A stretch of DNA of 26,504 nt from a virus (taxonomy: Duplodnaviria; Caudoviricetes), in IMG/VR virus record IMGVR_UViG_3300039258_000198, positions 1 through 26,504 of that record; one strand, written 5' to 3'. Shown here one piece after another: positions 1 through 8,235 of the stretch. Below the pieces are notes generated by a model that worked only from the letters and a program-made list of their open reading frames with translations, made no database searches and was not told the origin of the DNA. Position 1 is the stretch's first letter. Every line of letters starts with the position of its first letter. Made by a program: the position numbers and the translations under genes.

Positions 1-888
1 GTGACTGAAGAGCCGCATCCAGCAGAGGGATACCCACACAAAGAAGCGGAGTCAGCCTTTCCAGCCTATTGGGGCGAACTGATGTGGGCTATGAGCAGAT
101 TCCAAGAGTCTGGGTATCTTGAAGGTAGGCCAAGTGTGTCAACACCGTCTCCGGCTCCCGGCTCTCCCGCCCTGTTCTATCCTGAACTGACGAAACGCTT
201 CGTAGAACTCATAATGCCGAAACTAGAGATAAAGCAGATTCTTCAAGACTTCTTCATCAGAGTAGGGGCAACAGCCACCATTCCTAAACAGCAAGGGGCA
301 GGGGCTAATGCGCTGATAGGTCGAACTGCCGATGGAAACGGAGTTATGATGGACTTCAAACCTTACGACCTTATCACCATCACACCCTACAAGATTGGAA
401 TGAGAGTCCGGCTTGCTAGAGAGATGCTCGAAGACGGCATCTACACCATCGTAGAAGACCAGTTCAGGAGAGCCGCAACACACACTGCCAACGCCATAGA
501 CAACGACATTGCAAAGGTCTTTGAAGCGGCCAGCAAGAAGAGTTTCAGTTGGCTTCCACACAGGTATCCCCATCTCGATAATGTCATCAAGAACTTGGAT
601 GATGTAGGCAAATACAACGTCCTTATGAACGACAAGAAATACTCGTATGGAGTCAAGATGTCGGGAATCAAGGCTCTGAGAAGCCCGATGATTAATCCGA
701 AAGCGGCCTATGTCGTTCAGACAGCCTTTGACGGATGTTATGCTCCTGTAGGTTACTTCGTCACCAAGCGTCCAATCAGTATAGATGTCTGGCCACAGCC
801 ACAGTTCGACTCGCTCGATGTTGTCATCACTGCTCGATATGCGCCCGTCATCACCTACCCAGAGGCCATAACGCGGTGCAGAGTTTGA
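1..888 (+). CDS. HK97-fold capsid protein paralog (minor/alternative capsid protein)
   Basis: Long near-identical blocks shared with 12043..12978 (ALFYP.L.KR.VEL.MP.L..K..LQDFFI.VG.TATIPKQ.GA; TPYK.GMRVR..RE..ED; TKRPIS.DVWPQP.FDS.D.VITARYAPVITYPE). True start may be ATG 82 or 91 (AMSRFQ resembles AMTREQ). Confidence 0.85.
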   Translation: MTEEPHPAEGYPHKEAESAFPAYWGELMWAMSRFQESGYLEGRPSVSTPSPAPGSPALFYPELTKRFVELIMPKLEIKQILQDFFIRVGATATIPKQQGAGANALIGRTADGNGVMMDFKPYDLITITPYKIGMRVRLAREMLEDGIYTIVEDQFRRAATHTANAIDNDIAKVFEAASKKSFSWLPHRYPHLDNVIKNLDDVGKYNVLMNDKKYSYGVKMSGIKALRSPMINPKAAYVVQTAFDGCYAPVGYFVTKRPISIDVWPQPQFDSLDVVITARYAPVITYPEAITRCRV

Positions 889-1046
889 TTTGGATTGTGG
901 CGATAGGTTCCTTCTTCGCTCTAGAGGGCGGAGCCAACATCATCTATTGGGCTAGGTATGGCAACGGTGTCAAGGACAACAACTACTGGCAGATAGGAAG
1001 AGCACTACGGATGGCTCTTGGTCTTGCTCTGGTTGTTTTCGGCTGA
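885..1046 (+). CDS. small membrane protein, 53 aa, two hydrophobic segments
   Basis: TTG start overlaps the TGA of the upstream gene; MIWIVAIGSFFALEGGANIIYW...ALRMALGLALVVFG. This is the 3' part of ORF 735..1046. Confidence 0.6.
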   Translation: MIWIVAIGSFFALEGGANIIYWARYGNGVKDNNYWQIGRALRMALGLALVVFG

Positions 1047-1110
1047 CTTTATAGACCTTTAGTAACGACAACACTTATAACGCCTACCCACCATAGAGTG
1101 CCTACAAACT

Positions 1111-1224
1111 ATGAGTTTCTTTGTTGCATCAGCAGAAGAGTGTCCTGAATGTCACGAACTCGCTCTTGTTCACTACAATGGTTGCGTCACCTGCTACGGA
1201 TGCGGGTATGGACGGTGTGGGTAA
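1111..1224 (+). CDS. 37-aa zinc-ribbon protein resembling the class II ribonucleotide reductase C-terminal ribbon
   Basis: Translated by hand: MSFFVASAEECPECHELALVHYNGCVTCYGCGYGRCG; TTATAA upstream at 1075-1080. Confidence 0.7.
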   Translation: MSFFVASAEECPECHELALVHYNGCVTCYGCGYGRCG

Positions 1225-1263
1225 ACAGAATCCTTATAAGCCAAACTTGTATAGGTTCTGTCT

Positions 1264-1650
1264 ATGGCACAAGAGGTATTCAAGGATGAACAGGGCCGGG
1301 GAACGGTCACGTTGATTGATGAAGAGGGAATCAATCCTGAACCCAAATTCCATCCGGCGGCAATCCAGCCTATGAACTTCGTGCCGGAAGACCCCATAGC
1401 AATCTTCGAGAAGCGGATTGAGCAGATAAAGAAGATGATTGAGGAAAAGAAGATAGACTTGGCCATCAACAACACCAAGGCTCTTCAGACGGCTATAGCC
1501 ATGCTCATAACAATGGCCAGCACAAAGCACGACCAACCTCTTCTAGAGAAACTTCAAACAGTCGGAACCAAGGTGAATGAGTTGGCCACCACTCTTGCGC
1601 CTCTAGCCACCCCTATCATCCCTTCTGTGAAACCCAAGGGACAGCCTTAA
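1264..1650 (+). CDS. hypothetical protein, helical/coiled-coil
   Basis: 128-aa ORF with CCTTATAAG about 25 nt upstream; heptad-like central region. Confidence 0.75.
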   Translation: MAQEVFKDEQGRGTVTLIDEEGINPEPKFHPAAIQPMNFVPEDPIAIFEKRIEQIKKMIEEKKIDLAINNTKALQTAIAMLITMASTKHDQPLLEKLQTVGTKVNELATTLAPLATPIIPSVKPKGQP

Positions 1651-1653
1651 ATA
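1647..1653 (+). promoter_or_regulatory. archaeal TATA box
   Basis: TTAAATA, ATG 26 nt downstream (1679); contains the TAA stop of the upstream gene. Confidence 0.75.
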
Positions 1654-1678
1654 GTTCCTCTTCCCTACTATCCTTGTC

Positions 1679-2257
1679 ATGCCTACCGATGAAGGAGTAA
1701 AGATTGTAGAGGATGGTTGGGAGACAGGAGTTGACAGTCCTTCCCACAATGTCCGGTATGTTATCGGCGGAAACCTTGCCGTGACTGGAACAATCTCTGG
1801 TGTTTCTACAGATGGAACCTATACCACTTACACAAAGGTTCATGATGTGGTGGTTGATGGCGCAGGTCTGACCAATAGTATCAATGTTACTGCCGCATCC
1901 ATTGACGAAACTAATGGGTGGGTAGCGTTCATTGAGGATGGAACGGGTAACGACAGATTGGTAACTTGCAAGTTTGATGGGACAAGTAAAGCAACACTGT
2001 ATTCTGGTGGTAGTCCTTACAATCTAGGTCTTGGGCCTAGTGTTCGCCAAAGTGCGGGTGGAACGATACAGGTCTGGGCCGATGGCAATGACAATTACTA
2101 TGTCTCTAGCAAGGGTGCTCTTGTTCACACGATTAACACTAGCGGCATAAATCCAAGTGCTGTTGGACTTGCTATCTCCATAACAGGGAAGTATATCTTC
2201 ATTGTCGGAGATAACAACTCTAAAGAGGCCCGATTCCAAATCTGGCAAGGCAGTTAG
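1679..2257 (+). CDS. beta-rich putative virion protein (partial beta-propeller-like)
   Basis: G/T/S/V-rich 192 aa with blade-like segments (IDETNGWVAF; LAISITGKYIFIVG). Confidence 0.55.
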   Translation: MPTDEGVKIVEDGWETGVDSPSHNVRYVIGGNLAVTGTISGVSTDGTYTTYTKVHDVVVDGAGLTNSINVTAASIDETNGWVAFIEDGTGNDRLVTCKFDGTSKATLYSGGSPYNLGLGPSVRQSAGGTIQVWADGNDNYYVSSKGALVHTINTSGINPSAVGLAISITGKYIFIVGDNNSKEARFQIWQGS

Positions 2258-2333
2258 AAACCCGAAACCCCATATTTTAGCCTTGTTTGCCCTATCCTGA
2301 ACCCTTAAATACCCTCAGAACTAAGGGTTGCCC

Positions 2334-2546
2334 ATGCCTTGGAAAGAGGTAAAAGAGATGAAGAAAGAGGGCATTTTAGGCCATTGGGAGACCGAAGAGG
2401 GGTCTATGATAACCATTACGAAGGGTATGGCCCATGTTGTGCATAAGGGAAGAGCACTTGCCATCCAGATGCCAGAGGGAACCTACCCAGAAGACCCTGC
2501 TGTAATGGCTAAGATGCTTGCGAAAAGACTGGACGCGGTTCAGTAA
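2334..2546 (+). CDS. hypothetical protein
   Basis: TTAAATA 2305-2311, ATG 23 nt later at 2334. Confidence 0.7.
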   Translation: MPWKEVKEMKKEGILGHWETEEGSMITITKGMAHVVHKGRALAIQMPEGTYPEDPAVMAKMLAKRLDAVQ

Positions 2547-2552
2547 CTACCC

Positions 2553-4058
2553 TTAAGGTGCTACTGTAGTCGTAGTCGTCTCCCAATTGTTCTCTTGTCC
2601 ACCTATCCCTATGATGGACTCTTTCTTCGATGTATCAGTCTGTATCAGAGAGGGAGACACGGTGAACGACTCTCCGGCATCTAGTGGTGCTGGCGAGAAG
2701 GCAGGACTTGTGGTTATCGTATTCGCAGTATTAGATGCGACTGTTCTGCTCTGTCCCATTGCTTGTCCACTGGTGTAGGTGAGAGTCTGCCCTGTTAGGG
2801 CATTCACGGTCAAACTCAGATTGGTATCATGAAGCACTGTTGACGTAGTGCCAGTCGTGGTCACTCCTGTAGTGCCACCGCTTCTGTCGTTGATTACCTT
2901 CTGGTAGGGTGTGCTTGCGCTGATTGTCGGCATCTCCCATTTGGCAACGCCCGTTTCTGTGCTAGTTGCAGGAGTCGTTACTCCGCCTTTGATTGTGATT
3001 CCTTGAACCTCTGCTCCGATGTCCTCAGTTACCCAAGGCGCATTGCTGGCATTGGCTTGGAGATAGGCATCAACGCATCCGACTAGAATCCAAGCACCTG
3101 AAGTGCCGAGTGTGGTGGTAGCCGACCCTGTTATTGCATAGTCAACTTGTGGGGTTGTGACTATCGCACATTCAGTGCAAAGGTAGTAATCTGTTGCGTC
3201 ATAGGCATCTATTCCTTTCATTCCTGTTCCCACTGTTACTGCGTTTGAAGGTGCTAACATCATCGCTCCGAATAGGAGTGCTGGCGCGTTGCGGTTGGAA
3301 ACCTTTGCTGAGAAGGTCTCGACATCAGCATTGATTCCAGTAACCACATAGGGTGACGGCAGACCGCCATTGGAATCGAAGGATGCAGGAGTGGCAACAT
3401 CAAGTAGGCCGACTACTGAGATAGCACACTCTCCGCTTGGAACAGCAGAGAAGGTTGCAGTCACATTCTTATTGGTGATTGTGCCAGTGGCAACAGCCGT
3501 GAATATCTGAAGGTAGTATTGGTCGTAAGTTCTAGTGTATGTGCCGGGGAACGAACCACTAAGAATCCATGCCCCATTGGTTATGGGCTGGCCTCTTGGA
3601 ACCCAATTAAGACTCAGACCTGTAGTATCGGTGATGCTGGACACAGATATAGAGGTTGCTCCTGTGTCATGCCAAAAGACTGTAGCAACAACTAGGTCTC
3701 CGCTTGTGGCAGACAGACCCGTTGCTGTCACTGTTCCTGTCGAAAGAGATTTTGCATGAACCGCAGTCTGAGGATAGATTGAAGTAGTAGAAGTGAAACT
3801 TGCTGAAGCAGTATCAGGATTGTTTGATGTAACTGTGATGTTATGAGCACCTACAGCCGTCATCGGAATTGTGAGTGTTCCAGTGAAACTCCCGTCTGCG
3901 GCAACGATTTGTCCTATGAGAGTATTCGTAGCGCAAGCAACTGCGTTGTAGGTGACAGCGTTAATTACGGCACTCGCAGTGTAACCTGCGCCAGTAACAC
4001 GGACACCCTGCATACCAAGTGGGCCAGTAGTTGGAGAAAGCGCAATTGTCGCTACCAT
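2553..4058 (-). CDS. Ig-like multidomain virion surface/adhesion protein
   Basis: T/A/G/S-rich 501 aa; N-terminal Ig-like pattern (LSPTTG...V.VTG.GY...ADGSFTGTLTIP...G.H.ITVT); paralog of 6235..7008. Confidence 0.7.
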   Translation of the reverse strand: MVATIALSPTTGPLGMQGVRVTGAGYTASAVINAVTYNAVACATNTLIGQIVAADGSFTGTLTIPMTAVGAHNITVTSNNPDTASASFTSTTSIYPQTAVHAKSLSTGTVTATGLSATSGDLVVATVFWHDTGATSISVSSITDTTGLSLNWVPRGQPITNGAWILSGSFPGTYTRTYDQYYLQIFTAVATGTITNKNVTATFSAVPSGECAISVVGLLDVATPASFDSNGGLPSPYVVTGINADVETFSAKVSNRNAPALLFGAMMLAPSNAVTVGTGMKGIDAYDATDYYLCTECAIVTTPQVDYAITGSATTTLGTSGAWILVGCVDAYLQANASNAPWVTEDIGAEVQGITIKGGVTTPATSTETGVAKWEMPTISASTPYQKVINDRSGGTTGVTTTGTTSTVLHDTNLSLTVNALTGQTLTYTSGQAMGQSRTVASNTANTITTSPAFSPAPLDAGESFTVSPSLIQTDTSKKESIIGIGGQENNWETTTTTVAP

Positions 4059-4083
4059 TCTACTCTATTGTAGAACCTACCAC

Positions 4084-4091
4084 TATTTAAA
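4084..4091 (-). promoter_or_regulatory. archaeal TATA box
   Basis: TTTAAATA on the minus strand, 26 nt before ATG 4058. Confidence 0.75.
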
Positions 4092-4147
4092 GGTAGTTCC
4101 CATGAGTCCGACCACTCTTTATATAGATGGCCGTTCTTAATCTCTCC

Positions 4148-4522
4148 ATGCCACGCAGATTCAGACGCAGGTGGTTCCCACCCTCTTCTCCACAACAGAA
4201 CAAACTTCTGCATTATGTCCGGTTCCTCTATCCAACAGCCGCAAGAAATCATCGAGTTAGAATTGTAGGGATGCGGAAGAGTCGGTGGGTTGACATCGGG
4301 ATTGTCGAGAGAAAGATTGCGATAGAGTATCAAGGACAAGCCTATCATAATAGCCCAACTGCTAGAGCAAGAGATAAGATACGGACTAAGGAACTCGAAA
4401 CAATGGGATGGGTCGTCATTTTTGTGGATAAATACAACTGGAAGTGGTTCTTGGCTAATATGCGTGAGATAATAGAAAGAACCACAGTAGAAAGGAAATC
4501 TTTATATCCGTCATCCACCTAA
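4148..4522 (+). CDS. DUF559/Vsr-like PD-(D/E)XK endonuclease
   Basis: VDIG....KIAIEYQGQAYH......RD..R...L...GW.VI motif; TTTATATA 4118-4125 favours ATG 4148 over 4127. Confidence 0.8.
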   Translation: MPRRFRRRWFPPSSPQQNKLLHYVRFLYPTAARNHRVRIVGMRKSRWVDIGIVERKIAIEYQGQAYHNSPTARARDKIRTKELETMGWVVIFVDKYNWKWFLANMREIIERTTVERKSLYPSST

Positions 4523-4530
4523 ATGACGGT

Positions 4531-5001
4531 ATGCAATCTACTTGTAGAATTTGTAAAGTTGAATTAGTTGGAGATGCGTATCCTGCCTTCTTAAAGAGAC
4601 AGCGTAGAGGCATTTGTAGAGATTGTCGAAATAATGAACGGAATGAAGACTATCTCAATAACATAGAAGACCGTAGACGAGCAAACAGAAGACGAAACAG
4701 GAAATACATCATTCGTTTGAAACTGAAGGTTATTAGCCACTATTCCAATGGCACTATGGCTTGTGCCAATCCCTTTGAGAAACACAAAGAACCCTATACA
4801 GACATTAGAGCAAATTCGATTGACCACATCAAGGGTGGCGGAACTAAACATAGAAAGGGTTTGAATGGGAGCAGTTTCTATCGTTGGCTCATCAAACACA
4901 ACTATCCAGAAGGATACCAAGTGCTTTGTATGTCTTGTCAATACATCAAAAGATGGGAGAACTTTGAGTTTGCGAGTTATATACATGATGAACTGCTTTA
5001 A
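4531..5001 (+). CDS. HNH-type (His-Me finger) endonuclease with N-terminal CxxC...CxxC
   Basis: SIDHIKGGG...YPEGYQVLCMSCQ; paralog of 10584..10916; TTTATAT 4501-4507. Confidence 0.8.
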   Translation: MQSTCRICKVELVGDAYPAFLKRQRRGICRDCRNNERNEDYLNNIEDRRRANRRRNRKYIIRLKLKVISHYSNGTMACANPFEKHKEPYTDIRANSIDHIKGGGTKHRKGLNGSSFYRWLIKHNYPEGYQVLCMSCQYIKRWENFEFASYIHDELL

Positions 5002-5027
5002 ATAAGACTTGCCCTTATAAAGAAGGT

Positions 5028-5165
5028 GTGCTGACACTTGTATGTCACTGGTGTAGTGAGACCTTCAAGACCAAGAAAGTTCAGAGGATGTGTCCGACCT
5101 GCAAGTTGTTGAAAGCACAGTGCAAGTGGGACGAGTTAGAGAAGCGCAACTCTCGGAATCCTTAA
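5028..5165 (+). CDS. 45-aa zinc-finger protein
   Basis: GTG 24 nt after TTTAAATA (4997-5004): MLTLVCHWCSETFKTKKVQRMCPTCKLLKAQCKWDELEKRNSRNP. Confidence 0.7.
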   Translation: MLTLVCHWCSETFKTKKVQRMCPTCKLLKAQCKWDELEKRNSRNP

Positions 5166-5191
5166 ATACCCTCACTCCCTGCCTTGTGTCT

Positions 5192-5521
5192 ATGGAAGCA
5201 ATGTGCGTAACACCGTTTCCGTCTCCTTCTGAGAGATGGTTCCATTCACAAGAGTCTCTCAAAGTTGTGATGCTACCGTTGCACATTCAAAGAGCCGTCT
5301 TAGGGGCTTCGATACGGGCGAAGACCATCTTCGATGACAACGGGTGGGAATGGAATGGAGCAGTCCCAAGTCTGGGAGAGATTGTAGACCTCTACACTAA
5401 ACTCACAAGAGATGTGCTTGCATGGCCCGAAATTGGTAATGCAAGGTCTGGTCATCTGATTGTCGAAATGACTGATGAGATACTAGAGTTCAGTGTCGAA
5501 ATCGGTTACGTTGAGGTTTAG
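5192..5521 (+). CDS. hypothetical protein
   Basis: TTAAATA 5162-5168 places the start at ATG 5192, in frame with ORF 5090..5521. Confidence 0.65.
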   Translation: MEAMCVTPFPSPSERWFHSQESLKVVMLPLHIQRAVLGASIRAKTIFDDNGWEWNGAVPSLGEIVDLYTKLTRDVLAWPEIGNARSGHLIVEMTDEILEFSVEIGYVEV

Positions 5522-5991
5522 AGTAGATACCAGATGGCCTTATGGCCAAGTTCAATGGCCTTGAGTCCTGTCCAACACGCGCCACTCTTCACATGAAGTT
5601 CTCTCTTGTCTTTGCAGTGATAGCAATACGGCTTTCCGTCTCGTAGAAACTTTTCGCTTTCAGGAACGAAACCGGGCGGATAGTCTTTTACCACAATGAC
5701 AACAACCAAGTCGGCTTGAGCGATGTCCAAGTTCCGAGCCATGTAACCGTATCCCTTTCCCTGTTTAGGCCATGCTTGGATGACCGGAGCACGAATCCAC
5801 AACCCACCAGTGGTCGGATGCTGATAGAAACCTTCTTCAGTGAAGATGTCAACCCCGCCTCTTATAGAGTGACCCGAAGTGATGGTAGCATTGGGATAGG
5901 ACATGAGGACGCTCTGAATTATTGCTCTCGCCTTCGTCTCGGTCTCTAGGGTGAACTTGTCTGCTCCGGCTCCCACTATCCCTACTATCAC
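5518..5991 (-). CDS. SLOG-superfamily (YspA/DprA-like Rossmannoid) nucleotide-binding protein
   Basis: IVGIVGAG; SG....GGVD; ARNLDIA; KSGACWT...A...G motifs, with a CYHC...H insert. Confidence 0.7.
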   Translation of the reverse strand: MIVGIVGAGADKFTLETETKARAIIQSVLMSYPNATITSGHSIRGGVDIFTEEGFYQHPTTGGLWIRAPVIQAWPKQGKGYGYMARNLDIAQADLVVVIVVKDYPPGFVPESEKFLRDGKPYCYHCKDKRELHVKSGACWTGLKAIELGHKAIWYLL

Positions 5992-6011
5992 ACCACCCCT
6001 TGCACAGAACC

Positions 6012-6019
6012 TTTATTAA
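6012..6019. promoter_or_regulatory. probable bidirectional TATA box
   Basis: TTTATTAA (+) 23 nt before ATG 6042; TTAATAAA (-) 21 nt before GTG 5991. Confidence 0.55.
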
Positions 6020-6041
6020 GGATTCTCCTCTAGTCTAGGCT

Positions 6042-6206
6042 ATGGCAAAGTGTCCGAAGTGTAACGACCCAGACACCGAACTCGAAACCTATGAAGGGGT
6101 GCATGGGCCGGAGCAACTTTGTTCCAATTGTGGATGGACAAGCGAAGACAAGATAGCCTTCGAGACAATGAAGAATGTTCCGACTCTTATGAAGGAACAG
6201 GTTTAA
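6042..6206 (+). CDS. 54-aa zinc-ribbon protein
   Basis: MAKCPKCNDPDTELETYEGVHGPEQLCSNCGWTSEDKIAFETMKNVPTLMKEQV, translated by hand. Confidence 0.75.
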   Translation: MAKCPKCNDPDTELETYEGVHGPEQLCSNCGWTSEDKIAFETMKNVPTLMKEQV

Positions 6207-6209
6207 ATA
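6202..6209 (+). promoter_or_regulatory. archaeal TATA box
   Basis: TTTAAATA 26 nt before ATG 6235; contains the upstream TAA stop. Confidence 0.75.
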
Positions 6210-6234
6210 CTACCGAAACCATAGAAGAGGTAGA

Positions 6235-7008
6235 ATGACAGCCGCAATAACTCTGACTCCAACTTCTGGCGCAGGTAGTCTTACCGTCACTATGACCGGA
6301 ACAGGATTTACGGGTGGCGGTGCGGCCACAGTAACAGCACTTACCATCGGCGGTGTAGATGTCTTCTCGACAGTTCTGCCAACACCAGTGACGATTGCCA
6401 ATGATGGTAGTTGGACAGGAACCTTCGTAGTTCCGATGGCCACTCTGGGATATGGCACTAAGACTGTTCATGCTACAGACAGTGGTGCGGCCAACGCATC
6501 GGCTTCGTTCATCGTAACTCCGGTAGCAACGATAGAGAAAATTGCGGGTGGCGCAATGTCGCAACTCGGCCCCGGTGGGTCGGGATATTGGGCCTCTGCC
6601 AATAGCCCACAACTGACAGAGCAAGGGGCAGGAATCGAAGAGGTTGTAGATGTCTGGACTGGCAACCTAACAGGAGTGTCTTCAGCCGCAACTAACGCAG
6701 GAGCCGCAACGGTGACTGTTACTCCTTTGAAACTACCAGTGAACTACTTGGCGGGTGCTTACATCAAATTCCTTACTGGCCCTGCTATCGGACTGCAACT
6801 GGTCATCGCATCGAACACGGCAACGGTGATAACCTGCACTGGCACATTCGGAACTGCACCGACATCCACAGGTGGAGACACATTCATGATTGTGGGAGAC
6901 CAAAGGCTTGTCTACACAAACGTCCCGCCCTATGCTGTAGGCGAGATAAGGACAGGAACCATCGTCTACTCCAACGACAACCAACCACTCTGGGTAGTCT
7001 GGTCGTAG
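6235..7008 (+). CDS. Ig-like virion surface protein
   Basis: T/A/G-rich 257 aa; N- and C-terminal domains align by eye with 2553..4058. Confidence 0.7.
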   Translation: MTAAITLTPTSGAGSLTVTMTGTGFTGGGAATVTALTIGGVDVFSTVLPTPVTIANDGSWTGTFVVPMATLGYGTKTVHATDSGAANASASFIVTPVATIEKIAGGAMSQLGPGGSGYWASANSPQLTEQGAGIEEVVDVWTGNLTGVSSAATNAGAATVTVTPLKLPVNYLAGAYIKFLTGPAIGLQLVIASNTATVITCTGTFGTAPTSTGGDTFMIVGDQRLVYTNVPPYAVGEIRTGTIVYSNDNQPLWVVWS

Positions 7009-7022
7009 AGCGCAAACTAGGC

Positions 7023-7030
7023 TTTAAATA
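7023..7030 (+). promoter_or_regulatory. archaeal TATA box
   Basis: TTTAAATA 23 nt before ATG 7053. Confidence 0.75.
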
Positions 7031-7052
7031 GTTCCACGCCCTAGTCTATCTT

Positions 7053-7853
7053 ATGTCTGAGGATGGCACTCATGAGTTTGTAGGGCATCACGCCTTTGCT
7101 GATTTCTACGGGTGCAAAGGAGACCTAGACGACAAGGAGAAAATGGAAGAGGCCATCTCGCTTGCTATCGAAGCCGCAGATATGGATGAGGTCAAGACCG
7201 ATGTAGTCAACTTTGACCCACAAGGCACGACTGCTATCTCTATTATCACTCAGTCTTCAGTTACCATCCACACATGGCCGGAGTCTGATGGGATGCTAGT
7301 GGATGCCATCACTTGTGGCCCTCATGACCCTCACAAAATCATCGAGACACTTAAGGAGATTTACCAACCTGAGAAAGTCAACGAGTGGAGAGTGGACAGA
7401 GGCGAAGCAAGCAACGAAGTGAAGAGGCTAGAAGAAGACCGAGAGACAGACGTTGCGCCCGTCCCTATAAGATTTCCTGACGAGAAGACAAAGGTGACGG
7501 GAGAGAGCGTTGAGGTCAAGCCCTGCTCTCATGGTCACGGTGTCTTCGCTACCAAGGACTTCGGAGAGGGCGAGACGATTCAAAGTTTTCAGGCTCCCTT
7601 TGTAGAGGGAGACGAAGACCCTTCTGAGGAAGGGACGGCTCTCAGAGTCGGAGACCTGTGGTGGAACGGCCCAAAGGCTGGAACGGAGCAGGAGTGGGCC
7701 AACTTCCTTGACCACAGCGACACGCCCAACGCCAGTTTCTTCGACTTCGACTTGGAGAAAGGCACAGGAAATCTGGTAGCACTTCAAGACATCAAGGTGG
7801 GTGACGAAATCCTCATAGACTATGGGCAGTATGCCCCAGAGAACCTTAAATAG
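7053..7853 (+). CDS. fusion of pyruvoyl S-adenosylmethionine decarboxylase-like (SpeD/SpeH) domain and SET domain
   Basis: Residues ~10-117: GHH..ADFYGC, F.PQG.T, QSSVTIHTWPE, VDAITCG. Residues ~153-260: HGHGVFATKDF..GE.I, NFLDHSDTPNA, ALQDIKVGDEILIDYG. Confidence 0.88.
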   Translation: MSEDGTHEFVGHHAFADFYGCKGDLDDKEKMEEAISLAIEAADMDEVKTDVVNFDPQGTTAISIITQSSVTIHTWPESDGMLVDAITCGPHDPHKIIETLKEIYQPEKVNEWRVDRGEASNEVKRLEEDRETDVAPVPIRFPDEKTKVTGESVEVKPCSHGHGVFATKDFGEGETIQSFQAPFVEGDEDPSEEGTALRVGDLWWNGPKAGTEQEWANFLDHSDTPNASFFDFDLEKGTGNLVALQDIKVGDEILIDYGQYAPENLK

Positions 7854-7874
7854 TGCTAGACCTTATTAAAGGTC

Positions 7875-8219
7875 ATGCCAACGATGGAGTTGATTGTGCC
7901 TCTCACCTATGGCGATACCGGAGAGCCAGTTGACGCAGAAGCCTTCATGATTCTTGAAGAGAAACTGATGGACTATTTCGGCGGTTATACGTCACATTCC
8001 ATTGAGGGCGGATGGCGCAGTCCCACCGGGCAACGCCTTCGTGATGAGAGCGTTAGATATGTCGCCTCTTCCGACCAATACGACCCTGAGACTTTTGAAG
8101 TCTACGCACACGGAATTGCTGATGCTGTCAAAGACTATTGGAGACAGCAAGAGGTCTACTACAGGGTAGGCAAAGAAGAGGAAATTGAGAAGGACGAAGG
8201 CAATCTTTATATAGGCTAG
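7875..8219 (+). CDS. DUF3574-like/GlnB-like ferredoxin-fold protein
   Basis: L...FGGYT....EGGW.S..G....DES..Y and I...VK..W.Q.EV pattern; TTAAATA 7846-7852. Confidence 0.55.
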   Translation: MPTMELIVPLTYGDTGEPVDAEAFMILEEKLMDYFGGYTSHSIEGGWRSPTGQRLRDESVRYVASSDQYDPETFEVYAHGIADAVKDYWRQQEVYYRVGKEEEIEKDEGNLYIG

Positions 8220-8235
8220 AAACCATCCTATGCCT

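Noticed and set aside
1121-1315. 64-aa ORF from the track
   Set aside because: Overlaps the better supported zinc-ribbon ORF 1111..1224 and the 1264 gene.
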